Assembly (NCBI GenBank): GCA_965205265.1
Contig: CBDBGH010000003.1
Location: 4,160,001-4,224,000, forward strand
Origin: Alphaproteobacteria bacterium
Lineage (GTDB): Bacteria; Pseudomonadota; Alphaproteobacteria; Bin95
Direction: 5' to 3'
Length of the DNA stretch: 64,000 nt
Shown: one piece after another, positions 55,434 to 64,000 of the stretch
Layout: each line of letters opens with the position of its first letter
Position numbering within the stretch: the stretch's first letter is position 1
Position numbers and translations under genes: made by a program
Notes under the pieces: generated by a model
The model's database searches: none
What the model was told of the DNA's origin: nothing
Seen by the model: only the letters and a program-made list of their open reading frames with translations

Positions 55434-56647
55434 TGCGGCCCGGCGGCGCAATTGCTGCCATTCTGCTTCTGGCCGCTGCCGGCGCCGAGGCCCAGACCCT
55501 CGATCTCTCGGGCGAGGTAAGCCTGCAGGCGCGATGGTATCCGGAATCGCCGGCCTTCGCGGATCAGCGTTCGGGCACCGGCGGGCTGGTCGTCGAACCG
55601 ACGCTCTACGCGGAGGCGGGACCCGGCACCAGCTTCACCCTTACCCCGTTCTACCGGTTCGACAGCGCCGATCCGGAGCGCACGCACGGCGATCTGCGCG
55701 AAGCCTACCTGTTGACCTTCGGGGAGTGGGGCGAGGAGTCATGGAAGCTCCGGCTGGGGCTGGATCGCGTCTTCTGGGGCGTGGCGGAGGTGCATAACCT
55801 TGTGGACATCGTCAACCAGGTGGACCTCGTCGAGCACCCGCGCGACCGGCCCAAGCTGGGCCAGCCCATGGCGCACCTCACGGTTTCCGGCGACTGGGGT
55901 ATCGCCGAGTCGTTTCTGCTCCCCTATCATCGCAAGCGGGCGTTTCCGGGGCGGCGCGGGCGGCATCGGGCGGGCTCCCTCATCGACGACGACGCCAGGT
56001 ATGAGAGCGGCGCCGAAGAGCACCATCCGGATTTCGCCTTCCGCTACAGCAATGCCGTGGACCTGCTCGATTTCGGCCTGACCGCGTTCGTTGGAACGAG
56101 CCGCGAGCCTTCGTTCCCCGCCAGCCTTCAGACGGACGGCAAGCCGCTGGTCCCGTATTACGAACAGATCCGGCAATACGGCATCGACGCGCAACTCACC
56201 ACCGATCCCTGGCTTTACAAGCTGGAAGCCATTCACCGCAGCGGCGCGCGCAATTTCCTGGGCCGGGAGGAGGACTACAGCGCCTTCATTCTCGGCATGG
56301 AGCGCTCTTTCGATGCGTTGTTCGGGTCCCGGGCGGACCTGACCTTCCTCGCCGAGTGGCTCTATGACGACCGCGGACGCCGTGCTGCGAGCGCCTGGGC
56401 GAACGACGTGTTCGTCATGGGCGTGCTTGCCTTCAACGATGTGCAGGGCACCGAACTCGCGGCGGGCCTGCTGGGCGACCTCCGCCACGATACCCGCGTG
56501 CTGAACCTGGAGCTGAAACGCCGCCTGTCGAACAGCTGGTCGATGCGCCTGGAAGGGATTGCGAACCTCGGCGCCGACCCGGAGGACCTGACCTATGGCG
56601 GCCGCCGCGACAGTTTCCTCGGCGTGGAATTCTCGTTCAGCTTCTGA
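55433..56647 (+). CDS. Outer-membrane beta-barrel protein associated with MMPL/LolA-like genes
   Basis: Signal peptide, LREAY, VFWGVAE..NLVDIVNQ, KLGQPM, C-terminal Phe. Confidence 0.75.
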   Translation: MRPGGAIAAILLLAAAGAEAQTLDLSGEVSLQARWYPESPAFADQRSGTGGLVVEPTLYAEAGPGTSFTLTPFYRFDSADPERTHGDLREAYLLTFGEWGEESWKLRLGLDRVFWGVAEVHNLVDIVNQVDLVEHPRDRPKLGQPMAHLTVSGDWGIAESFLLPYHRKRAFPGRRGRHRAGSLIDDDARYESGAEEHHPDFAFRYSNAVDLLDFGLTAFVGTSREPSFPASLQTDGKPLVPYYEQIRQYGIDAQLTTDPWLYKLEAIHRSGARNFLGREEDYSAFILGMERSFDALFGSRADLTFLAEWLYDDRGRRAASAWANDVFVMGVLAFNDVQGTELAAGLLGDLRHDTRVLNLELKRRLSNSWSMRLEGIANLGADPEDLTYGGRRDSFLGVEFSFSF

Positions 56648-56735
56648 TGCCGCCCCCAAGGATGCCGCAATCCGGGCGCAACCGCGCGATGACACCCGGA
56701 TTGTGGTATCCTGCCGGTGGATGCGATTACCGGCC
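56585..56735 (+). repeat. 151 bp target-site duplication of IS1634 copy 4 (second copy 61453-61603)
   Basis: GACCTGACCTATGG...ATTACCGGCC on both sides. Confidence 0.95.
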
Positions 56736-57485
56736 CCTGACTTCGACGGTTGATTCGCATAAGTAGTTGATATTGCCTGGTTCTCATTTCGGCTAGGCAC
56801 TACATCCGGCATTTCTTCGAGCCGTGCTTCGTCGACGGTCAGGCGAGTTGATACGGGGTGATCGTCAGGGGCAGCCCCATGGTTGCGTAAATCTGCTCCG
56901 CCGCCGGTGTCGGCTTCGAGGGGATGACGTAGCGGTTGCCCGATTGCCGACAGCGCAGCAGGGAGCACTGGCGGTGGACGAGGGCGGAGCGGATGACCTC
57001 CGGGGACATCCGCCGCTTCTGGATGGCGACGCGGTACGCAAGGTGTCGAACGCAGGCGAAGGCCAGGAAGGCGATGGCGATGTGAGCGCGGATCCGGTCC
57101 GGGTTCCAGTGCCAGATGGGACGTATCTTCAGGTCGTGTTTGGTGATCCGGAAGCTCTCCTCGACCTGCCAGAGCCCCTGGTAGTGAGCCATCACTTCGG
57201 TGACGCGCGCGTCGCGCAGATTGGTGATGACGCCGGTGAGCCCGTCCCATCGTGCGGCCTCGGCGATCTTCTCCGGGTTCACCGTGAGCCGTGCGTCGCC
57301 CTCGACGGCGATGAAGCGTGCGGCGCGTCAATCAAGCTGAGACGTTTGCGTCAATCAGGATGAGACGGGGGAAGGCGGCGGCCTGGAACGCAGGGAGGGC
57401 GTAGCCCGACCGGAGTTCCGGGCCGCCGGCTCGAAAAATTTCCCCCGGGCCTTCTGGCGGCCAGGGCCGGCCGGGCGAACGGTGA

Positions 57486-59854
<2,369 letters not shown>

Positions 59855-61626
59855 GCCGCCGCCTGCTCAGGTAGAGCGGCCACGACAATCAGGGCCCGCG
59901 GGGATCGTCTCCGCGCGCCGTCTCTTCTCCGACCCGACGGCCTGCCGCGACAATCAAAACCATTCCCGAAAACACTGTTTGTCGCGCCGCGACAATCAAA
60001 ACCGGAAACCGCTTGCAATCCACCCCCCGCGCGGCAATCATCAACTCGCCGCTGCCGCCGGGAATCTCATCCTGATTGACGCGCAGCTCTCACCCAGATT
60101 GTCGCGCCATAATGAAGCGCTTCGCCCCGTGATTGGAGAGCAGTTCCCTGGGATTGTCGCTGCGGGCCAGCCTGTCGAGCAGGCGTTCCACCTGATGGCG
60201 GCGCTCGTGCGCGTCCTTGCGTGCGCGCTGGGGGCAGAAGACGACGATCAGGCGACGGCCCTTGTACTCCCACTCGCCGACCCGGCGGTCCTGTGAGCCC
60301 TCCAGCGGGGCATAGGTCCCGGGGTCGAGAACCTGCCCCAGCAGCGCGAGCGGCAGCTTGCGCAGCCGCGCGCCGACGACATACTCGCCGCCGATGGCGT
60401 CCATGGCGTCGAGGTTGTCGGCGCTCAGCATGCCCCGGTCGGCCACGCATACCGTGCGCTCCACCTGGTGGCGGCGCTGCATGTCCTGCAGGACCGGGAC
60501 CATGCTGTGTCCCTCGTAGGTGGCGCCGGGGAAGACCTCGTAGCTGATCGGCAGCCCTTCGCGCGTCACCATCAGCGCCAGCAGAACCTGCGAGTCCTTG
60601 TGTTTGCCGTCCTTGCTGAAGCCGTGCTGGCGAAGCTCGTCCTCGGCGGCCGTCTCGAAGTAGAGCGTGGTGCAATCGAAGAAGAGGATCGCGACCGGCT
60701 CCGGCAGCAGCGACCGGCTCGCCTCGCCGACGCGCGTGCGCAGTCGCTCGATCACCGTCGCGTCGAGCTGATCCATCATCCGGTAGACCTTCTCGAGCGG
60801 AAGACTCACGCCGAAGTCCTCCTCGAGCCGGCGCACGCTGCCCCGCTTGCTGTCGGGGTTGGCTACCCGCGCCATCACCACATGGAACAGCGCGTCATGG
60901 GAGGCCCGGTAGCGCGAGCGCGGCAGCAGCGCGTCGAGGCCCAGCAGCCGGTAGATCTCGCCATAGACCTCGTGGATGCCTGTGATCAGGCGCTGCTCCT
61001 CTTCAAGCTGCTTGAGGTCGACCGGGAGTTCCTCCTTGCCGTCCCCCCGGCGGCCGACACGGATCGCCTGCTCAGCGATCTTCTCGGGCGCAAACAATGC
61101 CGGCTGACGCTCGTCCTCCAGCTTCGCCTTGACGTACTCGCCGAGCTGCCTCAGGCGCTCGAGCTCGTCCTCGTCCATGGCCACGCCGACATGGCGGACG
61201 ATGCGCTGTCGGACCTTGCCGCCGTCGCGCACGGCCTCGACGATCTGGACCGAGCGTCGCGGGCTGTTGGGGGAGGTCTTGATGCGCACGAACATGGGGG
61301 GAGTGTAGCGCGTGGCGGAGGCATTGACAGTCTCAAAGATTTACTAGGCACTACAACGCAGCTTGACCGCACCGCAACTGCCAACTCATTGGCTTTACTG
61401 AAAACTCCAGACGCGAGATCGGTCAGAAGTCAGCCCAACCGTCGAAGTCAGGGACCTGACCTATGGCGGCCGCCGCGACAGTTTCCTCGGCGTGGAATTC
61501 TCGTTCAGCTTCTGATGCCGCCCCCAAGGATGCCGCAATCCGGGCGCAACCGCGCGATGACACCCGGATTGTGGTATCCTGCCGGTGGATGCGATTACCG
61601 GCCGTTAGCTGTGGAAGCCATGCCGG

Positions 61627-62901
61627 ATGATACAGCCGGGCAGCAGATCCTTGCGGAAGATCGCGGTCGTCGGGCGGGGAACCGCAGGATCCCTGGCGGC
61701 CGCCAGCGTCACGCGCCTGCACCCCGACAGCGACCACGAACTGCACCACATATACGACTCGCGCATTCCGGTCATCGGCGTGGGAGAAGGCAGCTGGCCG
61801 AGCCTGGTCCGGCAATTGCAGGAGCTGACGGACCTGCCGCACGAAACCGTCCAGCAGCGCCTGAAAGGAACGCGCAAATACGGCGTCGCATTCGAGGGAT
61901 GGGGCCGGCGAAACCGGGATTTCACCCACTATTTCACGCCGCAGCAGGTGTCCTACGCCTACCACCTGTCCGCCGACCTGATGGGGGAACTGCTGCAGGA
62001 AAGCACGCGCGCGCGCCACATCGACGCGAAAGTGCTCGACATCGAGAGGGTGGAAGACGGCGCGCAGGTGGTGTTCGAGGACCGGGCCCCGGAGCGCTAC
62101 GACCTCGTCTTCGACGCTCGCGGGTTTCCGCGCGAACTCCATCCCGACCGGCATATCGACATTTCCTTCATCCCCACCGATACGGCCGTCATACGCCGTT
62201 GTCCGCCGGTCATGGAAGACGAGCGGAACGGGCCGGTTCTGCAACACACATACACCCGCGCGGTCGCGCGTCCGCATGGCTGGGTCTTCGTCATCCCGCT
62301 GACCGCGCACACCTCCTACGGATACATCTTCAACCGCGATCTATCGGGCCTTGCCGAAGTCGAGGCGGATTTCGACGCCTTTCTCGAAACCGACGGCGTG
62401 TCGGAATTCGAGCAACGCGCCGTCATTCCGTTTCCCAATTTCGTCCACCGCCGGATCTATGACGGCGCCGTGGCCCGCATCGGCAATGCGGCCGCCTTCA
62501 TGGAGCCGCTCGAAGCAACGGCGATCGTGTCCGCCCAGCTGCAGATCGGGATGGTTCTCCACACGCGCCTGAACCGCTCCGCCGAGCATCTCGACCGCGA
62601 CGCCCCGGCGGTCAACCGCTTCCTCGTCGACAACATGCTCCGCTACGGCCTGTTCGTGGGCTGGCACTATTCCTGCGGCTCCCGATACGACACCGCCTTC
62701 TGGCGCCACGCCCGCGACCGCGCCTGGCCGCAACACCGCAGGGCGGCGGACCCCGAACTGGTCGATTGCGCCGCGCTCAGCAAATTCGACGAGATGATCG
62801 AATTGTTGAACCGCCCGGTCATCGACAAGGCGGACTGGAGCCGGATGTGCGCGGTCCCCCTCACCAGCTACGCCCAGATGTCCCAGGGCCTCGGCTGTTA
62901 G
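61627..62901 (+). CDS. srpI: Flavin-dependent tryptophan-halogenase-family enzyme (SrpI-like peptidyl-Trp brominase)
   Basis: GRGTAG, IGVGEG, catalytic-Lys context GTRKYGV.FEGW, GWVFVIP, FMEPLEAT; clustered with the LCCCW precursor. Confidence 0.85.
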   Translation: MIQPGSRSLRKIAVVGRGTAGSLAAASVTRLHPDSDHELHHIYDSRIPVIGVGEGSWPSLVRQLQELTDLPHETVQQRLKGTRKYGVAFEGWGRRNRDFTHYFTPQQVSYAYHLSADLMGELLQESTRARHIDAKVLDIERVEDGAQVVFEDRAPERYDLVFDARGFPRELHPDRHIDISFIPTDTAVIRRCPPVMEDERNGPVLQHTYTRAVARPHGWVFVIPLTAHTSYGYIFNRDLSGLAEVEADFDAFLETDGVSEFEQRAVIPFPNFVHRRIYDGAVARIGNAAAFMEPLEATAIVSAQLQIGMVLHTRLNRSAEHLDRDAPAVNRFLVDNMLRYGLFVGWHYSCGSRYDTAFWRHARDRAWPQHRRAADPELVDCAALSKFDEMIELLNRPVIDKADWSRMCAVPLTSYAQMSQGLGC

Positions 62902-62915
62902 GGCGCGGGTCGCAT

Positions 62916-64000
62916 TCAGCGGCGGCCGAAGAGGCGTTCGATATCGGCGAGCTTGAGTTCCACATAGGTCGGGCGGCCGTGATTGCACTGGCCGGAGCGC
63001 GGCGTCGCCTCCATTTCGCGCAGGAGCGCATCCATCTCCTTCGCGCCGAGCCGCCGGCCGGCGCGCACCGAGCCGTGGCAGGCCATGGTCGCCGCCACGT
63101 CCTCCAGCCGCTCCTTGAGCGCCAGCGCCAGGCCGTGCTCGGCAAGATCGTCGGCCAGGTCGCGCACCAGCCCCTTCGCATCCGCCTCGCCCAGCGCCGC
63201 CGGCGTCTCGCGCACAAGCACCGCCTCCGGGCCGAAGCGCTCCAGCACGAGGCCGAGCTCGGCGAGTTCACCGGCCTTGGCCGCGAGCCGTTCGGCGCCG
63301 GCCTCGTCCAGCTCCACCACCTCCGGCAGCAGCAGCGCCTGGCGCGGCGGCCGGCCCTCGGCGAGCGCCCGGCGCATGCGCTCCAGCACGAGCCGCTCAT
63401 GCGCCGCATGCTGGTCCACCAGCACGATGCCGTCGCCCGTTTGCGCCACGATATAGGTGTCGTGGAGCTGCGCGCGCGCCGCCCCCAGCGGCAGTCCGGC
63501 GGCCTCGGGCGCTTCCGGGGCGGGCGGCGGCGCCGACGGCGCGAGCGCGGGATCGAGCGGCGCCTGCCACTCGCTCGCCCGCTCTGCGAGCGCCAGCGGC
63601 GGCGCGGCGGCGGCGCCAACGCCGCCCATACGAAACCCGGTCCCGCCCGGCCGGAAGCGCCCGACCAAAGGCGCGGCGGCAGCGGGCGCGGCGGCGCGGT
63701 GGCCCTCTTCCGCCAGCGCGCGGCGAAGCGCGGAGACGATGAGGGAGCGCACCCGGCCCGCATCGCGGAAACGGATCTCGGTCTTGGCGGGGTGCACATT
63801 CACATCCACCCGGTCGGGCGGAACATCCAGAAAGAGCGCCAGCACCGGGAAGCGCCCGCGCGGCACCAGCTCCTCATAGCCCGCGCGCACCGCGCCCTGG
63901 AGCAGGCGGTCGCGCACCGGGCGGCCGTTGACGAAGAGGTATTGCGCCTGCGCCGTGCCGCGATGCCAGGTCGGCAGGCCGGCATGGCCGGTGAGGCGGA
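62916..64000 (-). CDS. mutL: DNA mismatch repair protein MutL, 3' part
   Basis: [35 protein letters not shown]. Confidence 0.96.
   Translation of the reverse strand, partial: RLTGHAGLPTWHRGTAQAQYLFVNGRPVRDRLLQGAVRAGYEELVPRGRFPVLALFLDVPPDRVDVNVHPAKTEIRFRDAGRVRSLIVSALRRALAEEGHRAAAPAAAAPLVGRFRPGGTGFRMGGVGAAAAPPLALAERASEWQAPLDPALAPSAPPPAPEAPEAAGLPLGAARAQLHDTYIVAQTGDGIVLVDQHAAHERLVLERMRRALAEGRPPRQALLLPEVVELDEAGAERLAAKAGELAELGLVLERFGPEAVLVRETPAALGEADAKGLVRDLADDLAEHGLALALKERLEDVAATMACHGSVRAGRRLGAKEMDALLREMEATPRSGQCNHGRPTYVELKLADIERLFGRR

Overview
GC-rich alphaproteobacterial chromosome, judged from the permuted two-piece tmRNA in an ssrA-sspB-fumA block, eipB, class II DAHP synthase, pncB-nadE and mutL; it is probably a marine-sponge symbiont. 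Housekeeping and transport genes flank two accessory regions. (1) 13.0-20.8 kb: a five-gene module encoding a membrane-anchored or secreted (Gly-Asp)67 protein, an overlapping lipoprotein (together resembling a phage Rz/Rz1 spanin pair), an Asp/Asn beta-hydroxylase-like dioxygenase, an alpha/alpha-toroid enzyme and a membrane LuxR regulator split by a 4.1 kb cargo-carrying IS21. (2) 34.1-62.9 kb: an NHLP/proteusin RiPP cluster with core peptide LCCCW, a YcaO cyclodehydratase and a flavin halogenase, matching my recollection of the published sponge-microbiome srp cluster. It also encodes tailoring enzymes whose function I cannot assign: an NHLP-leader/terpene-cyclase-like fusion, an IS-split putative prenyltransferase and an AlkB-GlnE fusion. 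Two export systems are present. Four apparently identical 1916 bp IS1634 copies carry long target duplications (138, 288, 143 and 151 bp), and one is itself interrupted by a second IS21. All family calls come from motif recognition by eye, not database searches.
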